Origin: an uncultured Armatimonadia bacterium | GTDB taxonomy: Bacteria; Armatimonadota; Zipacnadia; CAVVLO01 | NCBI GenBank assembly: GCA_963749155.1 | Contig: CAVVLO010000003.1 | Location: 160,001 to 224,000 of the forward strand | Direction: 5' to 3' | DNA: 64,000 bases | In this document: piece after piece, positions 20,769 through 30,956 of the stretch | How positions within the stretch are numbered: position 1 is the stretch's first letter | Layout: the number at the start of each line of letters is the position of its first letter | The notes under the pieces: generated by a model | The model's input: only the letters and a program-made list of their open reading frames with translations | What the model was told of the DNA's origin: nothing | Database searches by the model: none | Translations under genes and position numbers: made by a program

Positions 20769-21764
20769 TTGAGGAGCCTCCTGTCCCCGCTGTTAATTGG
20801 CCTGACTCTTATCGCAGTGGTATCCGGCTGTGGCAGCACGCAGCCCCAAAAACCGGGCGACTACAACTTCACTCTGATGGTTGGCGAGGTCCAGCGCCAT
20901 GCGCTGCTGCACATACCCCCTGGTTACGATGGCGGCAAGCCTCTCCCCCTTGTGATGATGCTTCACGGGGGCGGTGGCTCAAGTCGGGCTGTAAGCTTTG
21001 AGACAGGCTGGAGCGCCAAAGCCGATGCCGAAAACTTTTTCGTCCTCTATCCCGATGCGCTTGCGCGCGATCCTGCGCAACCTTCAAGTTTCAGCGGCAA
21101 TCCTCAGCTTTGGAACGATGGCTCCGAGCGTTTCCACGAAAGCACGGGGCAGGTGGACGATGTCGCCTTCCTCGCATCGCTGCTGGCTGAAGTGAGCAAA
21201 CGTCTGGCAGTAGATAGCACTCGCGTCTACCTGGCTGGTCATTCCAATGGCGCTTCAATGGCTTTCCGTTTCACGGCTGAGCGCGCCGACCTTGTAACAG
21301 CCCTGGCTCCTGTTGCGGGCGCCTGCTGGCTTGAAGAGATAAAGCTGGCCCGGCCTGTGCCCCTCTGCTATATAACAGGCCTTCTAGACCCTCTGAATCC
21401 TATGGAAGGCGGCGTCCCGACTCTTGCCAACGGCCTATTCGAGGTTGGTCGAGGCAAAGCCAAGCCGCCGGTTAAAGAAAACCTCCGGCGCTGGACCAGG
21501 GCCCTTGGCTGCCCGGACGATCCGACCTCCATTGAATCTGAGCAAGGCTATACCGTCACGACTTATGGCCCGGCCGAAAACGGCGCAGAAGCACTCCTGG
21601 TTACCATCGAAGCTCAGGGGCACAACTGGCCTGGCGGGCGCGGCTTGCTGCCCGAGTCGATGGCTGGCCCCAATTCTACCAATCTGAACGCAACCGACTA
21701 TATCTGGAGCTTCTTCCAGCAGGGCCCTGGAGAAGGCTCTGGTCCGACCATGGCCAGAGCCTAG
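20769..21764 (+). CDS. LpqC/PHB-depolymerase-like alpha/beta hydrolase lipoprotein
   Basis: Lipobox VSGC; LHGGGG, DDVAF, GHSNG nucleophile motif, G..DP, GHNWPG; TTG start after GGAGG. Confidence 0.85.
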   Translation: MRSLLSPLLIGLTLIAVVSGCGSTQPQKPGDYNFTLMVGEVQRHALLHIPPGYDGGKPLPLVMMLHGGGGSSRAVSFETGWSAKADAENFFVLYPDALARDPAQPSSFSGNPQLWNDGSERFHESTGQVDDVAFLASLLAEVSKRLAVDSTRVYLAGHSNGASMAFRFTAERADLVTALAPVAGACWLEEIKLARPVPLCYITGLLDPLNPMEGGVPTLANGLFEVGRGKAKPPVKENLRRWTRALGCPDDPTSIESEQGYTVTTYGPAENGAEALLVTIEAQGHNWPGGRGLLPESMAGPNSTNLNATDYIWSFFQQGPGEGSGPTMARA

Positions 21765-21844
21765 TCCTTCCTCACCAGACGGATGACAGCGCCCTTGCCC
21801 AACAAATGACCTCAGAGCTGAACCTGTTCGGCCTGAAGGGCGCT

Positions 21845-22429
21845 CTACCACTCGACCCAATAGGTGCAAGAGTCTGCGCCGGTCTTGCGGCAGGGAGCAG
21901 TATCATCATGCTTCACCTTGACGAGCACCGCGCCGGCTGGCTTGAAACGCTTGGCCATCGCCTCGATGATGCCTCGGTCGAAGTCGCAAGGGTAAGGGTT
22001 ATGGCAGGTCATCTTTATCTTGCGATCGCCTGCAGCCTCATACTGGTAGTGGCCTATCCCTTCGCGCATTTTGCCTGTCTTCAGGTCGAACAAAGGAGCG
22101 CCAAGCGACTTGTGGTTCATGTGGTAAGCAACGTCAATCGCCTGCAAGGCGGCCTCGAGTGAATTGATTTCGGGCGGGAACTGCGCGTTTTCGGGTATCT
22201 GCTTGCCAATTGCATAAAGGGTTTGAGCACCCACTTTGGCGGATATGGCCTCAAAGGCATCCAGCCAGGACTGCTGGGAGTACCATCTGCCAGGTGCAGG
22301 TTCTTCGATCCCCTGTTCTTTCAGCAGTGAGACGGCGACCGCTCTGAAAGCGCCCATCCCCTGCACCACCGAAAGCACTGTCTCGCCGTTCACTTCGATA
22401 CCACTCGAAAAGGCTTTGAACTGTGCCAT
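21845..22429 (-). CDS. Hypothetical protein with a V4R-like ligand-binding fold
   Basis: IG..IP...FPP, CHNPYPCDFDRGII, CRKTGADSCTY; RBS GGAGG. Confidence 0.7.
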   Translation of the reverse strand: MAQFKAFSSGIEVNGETVLSVVQGMGAFRAVAVSLLKEQGIEEPAPGRWYSQQSWLDAFEAISAKVGAQTLYAIGKQIPENAQFPPEINSLEAALQAIDVAYHMNHKSLGAPLFDLKTGKMREGIGHYQYEAAGDRKIKMTCHNPYPCDFDRGIIEAMAKRFKPAGAVLVKVKHDDTAPCRKTGADSCTYWVEW

Positions 22430-22597
22430 TTCTGGCCTCCCTGCCAAAAAATCTAAAGTGTCAACTCAGTTGCCTGTCGAAGTAATTATTGGCTAGACAC
22501 TTCAAAGTCCTTAGCCCCTCCAGGCAGGGAGTAAGTTAGCAATCTGTAAATCTTTTCTGTCGTTTTCTAACCTCGTTGTTTCGAGGAGGCAGCCACC

Positions 22598-23470
22598 TTG
22601 CTGATTGATGTCCATGCCCATCTTGGCCTTTTAGTTCCTGATGTAACAGAGCAAATGGACGGCGCCAATCTGGTAGCCAAGTGTGACGCCTGGGGCGTTG
22701 ATATGGCCTGCGTGCTGCCGCTCAGCGAGCATCCAGAGGGCGGCTATCTCGCCTCTGACACACTGGCGGTGCTGGCAGCATGCGAGCAATTTCCCGACCG
22801 ACTCATCCCCTTTTGCACTGTGGATCCTCGTTTCGGCAACCTGCCCGAGCCTGACTTCCGCTGGTTGCTTGAGGAATACAAAGGGCGCGGTTGCCGCGGG
22901 ATTGGCGAGTTCCTCCCCAAGCTGCCTTTTGATGATGAGCGCAGTCTCGTGCTGTACCGGCAGGCGGGCGAACTCGGGCTGCCGGTCCTCTTCGACCTGA
23001 TGGCAAGCCCCTGGCATTATGGGATGCTGGATGAGCCAGGCCTGCCTGGCCTCGAACGCGCGCTGCAGCTCTGCCCCGAGACGATTTTCATCGGCCACGG
23101 CCCGAGTTTCTGGGCCGAGATATCAGGCGAGGTGCCGGAGGAACTGCGATGGGGTTATCCAACCGGACCAGTGACCCCTGGGGGCGCTGTACCGCGGCTG
23201 ATGCGACGTTATGGGAATCTCTGGGCCGACACCTCGGCGGGCAGCGGCTACAACGCCCTCACTAGAGATGAACACTTCGGGCTGGACTTCCTCGAGGAGT
23301 TCCACCAGAGGCTGCTTTTCGGTATAGATTCCTGCCTGGCCAGCGATGTAGAACGCCTCCCCCCCATCGTGAGCTATTTCCGACGCCTGCGCGAGGAGAA
23401 ACTCCTGCCCGAGCCTGTCCTCGAAGCCCTCTGCTGGCGTAATGCCTCACAGCTATTGGACCTGGATTAA
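22598..23470 (+). CDS. Amidohydrolase_2 family metallo-hydrolase
   Basis: IDVHAH, GIGE, FIGHG, LWADTS, LLFGID. Confidence 0.88.
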   Translation: MLIDVHAHLGLLVPDVTEQMDGANLVAKCDAWGVDMACVLPLSEHPEGGYLASDTLAVLAACEQFPDRLIPFCTVDPRFGNLPEPDFRWLLEEYKGRGCRGIGEFLPKLPFDDERSLVLYRQAGELGLPVLFDLMASPWHYGMLDEPGLPGLERALQLCPETIFIGHGPSFWAEISGEVPEELRWGYPTGPVTPGGAVPRLMRRYGNLWADTSAGSGYNALTRDEHFGLDFLEEFHQRLLFGIDSCLASDVERLPPIVSYFRRLREEKLLPEPVLEALCWRNASQLLDLD

Positions 23471-23559
23471 CCCGATTCGTCACCGCATTGAACCAGAGGC
23501 AATCGATATCCGTCTGATAACTCAGGGCTCACAAAGTCTAGCCTCGTGGAGTGGTCAGG

Positions 23560-26391
23560 ATGTCGGTATCTGGAAGGCGAGTGCTGCTTTCGTTTGTGCT
23601 GTTGGCCTGCCTCCTTTTCGCCTTGCTTTCTACCCAGACTTTTGCTGAAAAGCCTCGCATCGAATACGAGCTTCGCGTCGCGGACGTCGAAGCCTCGGCG
23701 CGGTTTTATCGTGATGGGCTGGGGATGCAAGAGGGGGCTTTGGAGGGCAGTAACGAAGGTCGGCTTTTGGAGTTATTCGGAGTTGGCCTGAGGATACTCC
23801 CTGCTGAAGGATCGGTTGAACTCGCACCTCCCTCTGGCGGTAATCCGCTAGTCGAGTTGCTTTCTAGAACCGGATTTCGATACCTCTCGATCTGGAGCCA
23901 ATCACCCCAAGCACTAGTGCAAAGACTCGTCAGCGCTGGTTATGCGGCGCCGAGGAAGCTTTCCCAATATTGGTTTACTCAGGACCCGGACGGCAACTGG
24001 ATCGAGCTAGGAAAGCCGCCTAAAAATCTGGCTGAGGAACGGGTCTCTTGCGGGGTAGTCGTCAGCGAACTCGAGGCAAGCCTTGCCTTCTACCGGGACC
24101 TCCTTAATTTTGCCCAGCTTGCGGTCTGGCCTTTACCCGCTCCAGTTTCTGGCGATATGGTCGTGCTTCAGGCCGGGCCGACCTTGCTGAAGATGGTCGC
24201 CTCGCCCTCTGGTCCTGATACCCTCACCTCCGCGCATAATATTGGGCTTTGCAGCCTTACGCTTTATGTAGACAATTTCGAGTTGGCTACCCAGAAAACA
24301 GGCGCCCTGGCCACGTTGGCCCCTGATGGGAAGTCTCTGAGTCTGCACGACCCAGATGGCAACCGAGTCGTGCTGGCCGCCCAGGCAGAAGCTTCTGCAA
24401 GTAGCAACGGCCTGCGCTTCAAAGAGCTTCCTGACTGTGATGCCGTGCGCGATGCCTCAGGGACAGGCCAGTTGTTCGAGTCCATCGAAGTGCCTGGCCT
24501 GACTGATTCGCGGGTTGGGGTTAATGGATTTGCTCTGGCCGACCTCAATCAGGATGGTCTTGCAGACTTTATCGGCCTTACCAGTGCGCCTCGCTTCGGG
24601 GCTGGATTGGGCCAGCGCTCAAACCTACTGTCCACACCTGATCAACTGAAGCTCCTGTTGAACACCGGCGACCTGCAATTTGCGCCTGCCGAGCTCAATA
24701 TCGAGGGGGTTTCTCCCGGAGAGAACTTCCTTGAAAGCACTCAGATTCCCAACCTTGCCGACTTCAACCAGGACGGTTTTCTCGACCTGTTTATTACGCG
24801 CCATTCTCCTTCCATAGGGGGAAACCTGAGACCTGGCAAAGTAGCCCGGGGAAATATCCTGTTGCTTAGCAAGGGCAGCTGGGACACCTTTGTTGACGTC
24901 TCGGACCAGATGGGAGTTCGCAATGAGCTTGCCTATAACAGGCAAACAAGTATCGGAGATGTCAATGGAGATGGTTGGCTCGACGTCGCAATTGGCTGCG
25001 ACAATATCGGCAATGCGCAAGGAGGCTTCCCCTACAGTCGGTTGTATGTTTACCACCCAGCCGGTGAGAGTTTTATCGACGGTCATTTCGAGGATGTCGG
25101 AGGCACTGACTTGGTGCCTGACTTCGGGGGCTTCTACCACGACTCGGCGCGAGATCGGGGCGCCCCTGACATCGACCTGCGCGATCTGGATAACGATGGC
25201 GATCTGGATTTAATCCAGGCTTCCCATGTTGACGTCAGGCAGCCGCTACTCCCCTATTCTCCTGGAGAATACCGTCAGGGACTATTCTGCTGGCGCAACC
25301 TGGAGCGAGAGAAGGGCACTCTCCAGTTCGAGAAATTGTCAGGTAACGGCCTGACCTGTGAGGCTCGCCTGCGGTATAACCGGGATACCGAACGCTACGA
25401 ACCCGCCGATGAGGCCAGGGCGCCAGGATTGCCTTATCTTTCCTATGCCGATATTGATAACGATGGACTGCTGGATGTCCTTGCGGTAGGTCCAAGTGAT
25501 TCGACCTGGTCACCGAGGACTGAGTATGTGGGAGGTCGCTTTTGGCACAACCTGGGCGATCTTCAGTTCGAAGAGAGGACTTCCGAGGCAGGTCTTGATT
25601 CCCTTAATAATACTTATCGCGACTGGTATGCTTTCTTCGAATTGCAGCTAACTCCCTACCAGCTCAACTATGTGCCTCGCAACCAGAGTACTCTTTCGCA
25701 GCCTGGCCTTATTCCCCCTAATCCAATTGATAACCGGCCCTATTATGCGGACAGTGTATTCGCGGATTTCGACAATGACGGCTGGACAGATCTCGTAGTG
25801 CTGGACCGGCGCGAGACGCCGGGGATTGAGAGTCGCGCTGTCCTTTATATGAACCGAGGCGACGGCACTTTCGAGCCCAAGCCAACCACTTTCAGCGGGC
25901 TGGATGGCTCTGGCATCTCGGCAGAAGCCTGCGACCTCGATGGAGACGGCCTGCTAGACCTGTTTTTTGCCGCCGATCCTGACAACTCTGGCCTCGCGAA
26001 CAGCCCAGCCCGATACGAAAGCAAAGTATACTGGAATACTGGCCTCTTCGGCGCCAAAGAAAATCACTGGCTGAGGCTGCGCTGCTCAGGCCTGTCGGAC
26101 GCTGCGCTGATGGGGACCAGAGTCGAGGCCCATAATCCCACGACAGGCGAGTTGCTTGCTGTTCGCTGGGTTCATTCCAACCACTCTTACAAGAGCGGTG
26201 GAGCGCTAGAAGTCCATTTTGGCCTGGGCAATGAAACCACTGTTGACCTGAACCTCTTCTCCCCTGGCCTTCCTCCTGTCGAAGTCACTAACGTTAGCGC
26301 GGACCGGTACCTGGATCTGAATATGGAGACTGGCGAACTGCAGGAAGTGAAGCTGTCATCAGCTTTGCAATCAGCGCAGGTGGAGGAATGA
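23560..26391 (+). CDS. Secreted VOC-VOC-CRTAC1 (FG-GAP repeats plus ASPIC/UnbV) fusion protein
   Basis: Signal peptide; two VOC modules (S.RFYRDGLG..DPDGNWIEL; S.AFYRDLL..DPDGNRV); seven D(L/F/V/I)xxDGxxD repeats; NHWLRL..G.RV..HFGLG. Confidence 0.82.
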   Translation: MSVSGRRVLLSFVLLACLLFALLSTQTFAEKPRIEYELRVADVEASARFYRDGLGMQEGALEGSNEGRLLELFGVGLRILPAEGSVELAPPSGGNPLVELLSRTGFRYLSIWSQSPQALVQRLVSAGYAAPRKLSQYWFTQDPDGNWIELGKPPKNLAEERVSCGVVVSELEASLAFYRDLLNFAQLAVWPLPAPVSGDMVVLQAGPTLLKMVASPSGPDTLTSAHNIGLCSLTLYVDNFELATQKTGALATLAPDGKSLSLHDPDGNRVVLAAQAEASASSNGLRFKELPDCDAVRDASGTGQLFESIEVPGLTDSRVGVNGFALADLNQDGLADFIGLTSAPRFGAGLGQRSNLLSTPDQLKLLLNTGDLQFAPAELNIEGVSPGENFLESTQIPNLADFNQDGFLDLFITRHSPSIGGNLRPGKVARGNILLLSKGSWDTFVDVSDQMGVRNELAYNRQTSIGDVNGDGWLDVAIGCDNIGNAQGGFPYSRLYVYHPAGESFIDGHFEDVGGTDLVPDFGGFYHDSARDRGAPDIDLRDLDNDGDLDLIQASHVDVRQPLLPYSPGEYRQGLFCWRNLEREKGTLQFEKLSGNGLTCEARLRYNRDTERYEPADEARAPGLPYLSYADIDNDGLLDVLAVGPSDSTWSPRTEYVGGRFWHNLGDLQFEERTSEAGLDSLNNTYRDWYAFFELQLTPYQLNYVPRNQSTLSQPGLIPPNPIDNRPYYADSVFADFDNDGWTDLVVLDRRETPGIESRAVLYMNRGDGTFEPKPTTFSGLDGSGISAEACDLDGDGLLDLFFAADPDNSGLANSPARYESKVYWNTGLFGAKENHWLRLRCSGLSDAALMGTRVEAHNPTTGELLAVRWVHSNHSYKSGGALEVHFGLGNETTVDLNLFSPGLPPVEVTNVSADRYLDLNMETGELQEVKLSSALQSAQVEE

Positions 26392-27734
26392 AAAATCAAC
26401 TGACCCGCAAGCAATTACTGGCTGCCACTATAGGCGGGGCCGCTGCTTTTGCCCTCTCTCCGCTCGCGCGCGCTGCTGAGACGCTACTACCCAGGCGCAG
26501 GCCGAATATCATCCTGATTGTGTCAGATGATCAAGGCTACGCCGAGTTGGGTTGCCAGGGCTGCCGCGATATCCCCACCCCAGCTCTCGATGCTATTGCC
26601 GCAAACGGAGTGCGCTTTACTGATGGCTATGTCACTGGGGCAGTCTGTAGTCCCACCCGAGCAGGGCTAATGACAGGCCGCTACCAGCAACGCTTTGGGC
26701 ATGAGTTCAATCCTGGCAACTCGCGCGAGGCAGGCTTGCCACTTAGCGAATTGACTTTGGCTAGTCGCCTGCAAGCTGCAGGTTATGTTACGGGAATGGT
26801 AGGCAAATGGCATTTGGGTATGCTGCCGGAGCAGCATCCACAAAGCCGAGGCTTCGATGAGTTTTTCGGCTTTCTGCACGGCGCCCATTCCTATATGAAT
26901 AACTCAAAGCGCCAGGTAATTAATGATCCAATCAGGCGCGGAGTTGAGCCTGTCACCGAGCAGGAGTATCTCACTGACGCCTTTCGCCGCGAGGCTCTCT
27001 CCTTTATCGAGCGCCACCAGAGCGCCCCCTTCTTTTTGTATTTGCCCTTCAACGCCGTCCACGCCCCCCTGGAAGCCCCTCCCAACTATCTGAGGCCCTT
27101 CGAGCATATCACCAACCCAAAGCGACGCACTTTTGCCGCGATGCTGTCCGCGATGGACCAGGCGGTGGGCGCGGTGCTAGCAAAACTGGAAGACCTGAGC
27201 CTCCTCGAGGACACACTGATTCTCTTCCTCAGTGACAATGGAGGGCCAACTCACCAGACGACTTCCAGCAATCTCCCCTTGCGCGGTGAGAAAGGCTGGC
27301 TTCTTGAGGGCGGTATAAGGGTGCCTTTCCTGATGCAATGGAAGGGAGAACTGCCTGCTGGCAGGATGTGCAGAACTCCGGTTATCTCGCTTGACCTTAC
27401 AGCCACGGCCCTTGCCGCTGCGGGGGCGCCTTCAGCCCAAGACCCTACTCTGGAGGGGCACAATCTGATAAGCTTCCTCCAGACAGACTCGCCCCTCGAG
27501 CGACCGGAAGCCCTGTGCTGGCGCTCTGGCTCTCAGTCTGCAATCAGGAAGGGCCGCTGGAAGCTATACAAGAGACAAGCCCAGCCAGCGCAGCTCTTCG
27601 ATCTGGGCGTTGACCAGGGCGAGCAAGTTGATCTTGCCAGTCGCTGGCCAGAGCGTGTGCGAGAACTCGAGGCCGAGTATACCAGTTGGGATGCGCACAA
27701 CGTGGCCCCCCTATGGGTCAGGGAGTCCTTCTGA
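26388..27734 (+). CDS. Formylglycine-dependent sulfatase (arylsulfatase A-like)
   Basis: PNIILIVSDDQG, CSPTRAGLMTGR, GKWHLG, SDNG, EGGIRVP; Tat-like TRKQLL leader. Confidence 0.93.
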   Translation: MKNQLTRKQLLAATIGGAAAFALSPLARAAETLLPRRRPNIILIVSDDQGYAELGCQGCRDIPTPALDAIAANGVRFTDGYVTGAVCSPTRAGLMTGRYQQRFGHEFNPGNSREAGLPLSELTLASRLQAAGYVTGMVGKWHLGMLPEQHPQSRGFDEFFGFLHGAHSYMNNSKRQVINDPIRRGVEPVTEQEYLTDAFRREALSFIERHQSAPFFLYLPFNAVHAPLEAPPNYLRPFEHITNPKRRTFAAMLSAMDQAVGAVLAKLEDLSLLEDTLILFLSDNGGPTHQTTSSNLPLRGEKGWLLEGGIRVPFLMQWKGELPAGRMCRTPVISLDLTATALAAAGAPSAQDPTLEGHNLISFLQTDSPLERPEALCWRSGSQSAIRKGRWKLYKRQAQPAQLFDLGVDQGEQVDLASRWPERVRELEAEYTSWDAHNVAPLWVRESF

Positions 27735-27777
27735 CGCTGCCAGCGCGCCCAGCCTGTTTTCCAAGGGGAGGCGCGTT

Positions 27778-28821
27778 ATGAAGACAATTGTTACGGTTGC
27801 CACTTCTACCCCCGACCTGCCGCGCAAGAGCGAAGGTGACGTTCTCGAGCTTGCCGATGGGCGCTTGCTGCTTGCGTATATGGAGTTCTCCGGTGCCGGC
27901 AGCGACTTCGACAAGACGCGCATCGTGGCGGTGGGATCTGCAGATGGCGGGCTGACCTGGGGCGGGCATCGAGTGCTGGTCGAGACCGCGCCTGGGGACG
28001 TGAATGTCTACTCGCCCAACCTGCTCCGCGCGCGGGACGGCGGTATCCTGTTCTGCTTTATGCGCCAGCACGCCGCCTTCCCCAGCCTGACGACCCTCTA
28101 CTTGTGGAAATCAGACGATGAGGGGGCAACCTTCCATCCCTTTGCCGAGTGCGCGCCCGAGCAACATCACGGCCTCTGCAACGCCACCTTGAAGCGCCTC
28201 TCAAGTGGTCGCCTGCTGCTGCCGACCTCGTGGGAGAAGCCCGAGGCGCCCAATACTTTCGAGGGAGCAGTGCTGGCAAGCGATGATGATGGCTTGACCT
28301 GGCGCGAGACGGAGCAACATATCACGCTGTCGATGCGCGGGGTGATGGAGCCCCATCTCGAAGAGACGCGCGATGGGCGCGTATTGATGGTGATGAGAAA
28401 CCAACTGGGAGTCCTCTACTTTGCGGACTCTTTTGATAGCGGGCTGACGTGGAGCGAGCCCTATGCTTCGAAGCTGCGGACGCCCGAATCCTGTCCCGAG
28501 CTTGTGCGCCTCCCTGAGACTGGCGACCTGTTGCTGTTATGGAACAATGCCCCCTATGACCCAGGCTTCACTTCCCATTTTGGCAAGCGGAGCCCCCTGA
28601 CAACGGCTATCTCGAGAGACGAAGGCCGCACCTGGGAGCACTTCCACAAGCTCGAAGACGACCCAAAACGCGCTTTCTCCAACCCCGGCTGCCGCTTCAC
28701 TTCGATAGGCAAAGCCATCATCAATTACTGGACCTGTGAATACACTTCCGGCTGGTCGATGCAGGATATAATTGACCTGCGAGTGGCTGTGGTAGACTCG
28801 GAGTGGTTCTACGGGAAGTAA
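27778..28821 (+). CDS. Sialidase-like BNR/Asp-box protein (no signal peptide)
   Basis: Asp boxes SADGGLTW, SDDEGATF, SDDDGLTW, SFDSGLTW, SRDEGRTW; EP..E and RSPL. Confidence 0.85.
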   Translation: MKTIVTVATSTPDLPRKSEGDVLELADGRLLLAYMEFSGAGSDFDKTRIVAVGSADGGLTWGGHRVLVETAPGDVNVYSPNLLRARDGGILFCFMRQHAAFPSLTTLYLWKSDDEGATFHPFAECAPEQHHGLCNATLKRLSSGRLLLPTSWEKPEAPNTFEGAVLASDDDGLTWRETEQHITLSMRGVMEPHLEETRDGRVLMVMRNQLGVLYFADSFDSGLTWSEPYASKLRTPESCPELVRLPETGDLLLLWNNAPYDPGFTSHFGKRSPLTTAISRDEGRTWEHFHKLEDDPKRAFSNPGCRFTSIGKAIINYWTCEYTSGWSMQDIIDLRVAVVDSEWFYGK

Positions 28822-28837
28822 GGAGGAAGCCTGCCAG

Positions 28838-30918
28838 ATGCCTGACACCGACCTGCACGCCCCTTTTGAGGCCTACACTGGCGATGAGCCGTATATCTTC
28901 GTCAGTTATGCCCACAAGGACTCGGCGCTTGTGTTTCCGGAACTGGTCGCGCTGCGGGACAAGGGCTATCGCATCTGGTATGACGAGGGGATAGATCCGG
29001 GCAATGAGTGGCCTGAGGACATCGCCAAAGCACTCAGGGATTGCGCCTATTTCGTGGTCTTTATCACGCCCTATTCGGTGGACAGTCCCTATGTCAGGAA
29101 AGAGATCGACTTCGCCTTGAAGAAGAAGCTCACTTTTGTCCCTGTTTATCTCTTGAAAACCCAGCTACCAGAGGGTCTTGAATTTCGTATTGGGCGACAT
29201 ATATGCCATTGTGCGATATAAGATGACGGCTGAGAGTTATGAGCGGAAGCTTGAGAAGACGTTGCCTGATAGTTGTCTTTCATATCACCATTTAGGGCAG
29301 CCCACCTTGTCAGCCAGGGGCAAGCCACTGATAACGCCTTTAACACCGCCATCTATAAGGCTTCCAAAGGATTTCGAGGTTATCCTGAACCAGATTGACG
29401 GTACTCAACTGGTGCTGATCCCAGAGGGCGAGTTCCTCGCTGGCGATCCGCCTTTCCCTGTTACGCTGCCAGATTATTACCTGGCGTTGCACCCCGTGAC
29501 AAATGCCCAGTATCTGCGGTTCGTCGAGGAAACGAATCATCGTCCACCGGCCGAGTCTGACTTCAATCAAAACGCCGTTAAGCCAATCTGGGACGGTCAG
29601 TTATTCCCTCCTAAAAAGGCCCAGCATCCTGTGGTGTTTGTTAGCCTGGATGATGCTAAGGAGTACTGCGAGTGGGCTGGATTGCGATTGCCGACTGAGC
29701 TGGAGTGGGAGAAGGGCGCCAGAGGTACTGATGGACGTGTGTACCCTTGGGGTAATTTATGGGATCCACGCAAGTGTCGAAATTTGACCAACAGAGGCGA
29801 TGAGACTACATGTAAAGTCTGGGAATATCCCGAGGCTCGCAGCCCGTGGGGACTTTATCAGATGAGCGGGAATGTATGGGAGCGAACGCGAGGATTCGTG
29901 GGAGAGAGACGCATATGAACGTTATAAGATGGGGACACTGACGCCGCCTGTACAGGGAAACACCCAAGTAATTCGTGGTGGCTCCTGGAATTACGACCTG
30001 GAGCAGCTCTTTCGGACTGACCATCGCCTTGAATTCGGAACGTCAGAACGTTACCCGGGCGTCGGCTTCCGTTGTGCAAAGAGTTTTGCTGACAATGACC
30101 ATGCAGGTGCCAGACCTGAAAGGATACAACCGGAGCCGAAGGTGACTGATGTCGTGGTACTGACACCACCACCTGCGAAGCCAATTGCAGTAGAGTCTCC
30201 GCCATTAACTGAGTCCTTGGTTAACGAGATCGACGGCACCCAGCTGGTGCTCATCCCAGAGGGCGAGTTCCTCGCCGGCGATCCGCCCTTCCCCGTGACA
30301 TTACCAGCCTATTATGAAGCGAAGTGTCCGGTGACTAACGCACAGTACCGCAAGTTTGTCCAGGCAACTGGAAATCCGCCGCCTGACCAAGCAGACTTTG
30401 GGCAACCTGTCTGGACTGGCAACTCCTTCCCACCGGACAAAGCTCATCACCCAGTAGTGTGCGTAAGCTGGCATGATGCCCAGGCTTACTGCGCATGGGC
30501 TGGTCTACGTTTGCCGACTGAATTGGAATGGGAAAAGGGTGCACGAGGCAGCGACGATCGTATGTACCCGTGGGGAATGACTGGGATCGCGGCGCTCATT
30601 GCTGTCACGCATCAGATGTCAGAGAAACAACCTGCAGTTGTCAGGACTTCCCCGCCGGCCGCAGTCCATGGGGGCTTGTACCAGATGAGTGGTAATGTTT
30701 GGGAATGGTGCGAGGACTGGAGCGAACATGATGCATATTCTCGCTACAAGACGGGCAACCTTTCACTGCCTGTAACTGGCTTCTTTCGCATCGTGCGTGG
30801 TGGATCATTCCGTAGTAATAAATCCACCTTATTCTGTTGCGCTTATCGCGAATATTATGGAGATATGGCTCGCTCAACACGATGATACATCGGCTTTCGT
30901 TGCGGCAAGGATCTGTGA
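28838..30918 (+). CDS. TIR domain plus two FGE-sulfatase (C-type-lectin-fold) domains; several indels and one in-frame TGA
   Basis: [27 protein letters not shown]. Two copies of [46 protein letters not shown]. Shifts at about 29192 and 29886, a compensating pair at about 30575/30672, and TGA at 30883-30885. Confidence 0.8.
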
Positions 30919-30956
30919 CACCTTGCTATCACTAGCCAGCCTGTCAATTTGGCAGG

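Noticed and set aside
29178..30885. FGE domains as the maturase of the nearby sulfatase
   Set aside because: They are TIR-fused, and the canonical catalytic Cys pair after RGGS is absent in domain 1 and not in canonical spacing in domain 2.
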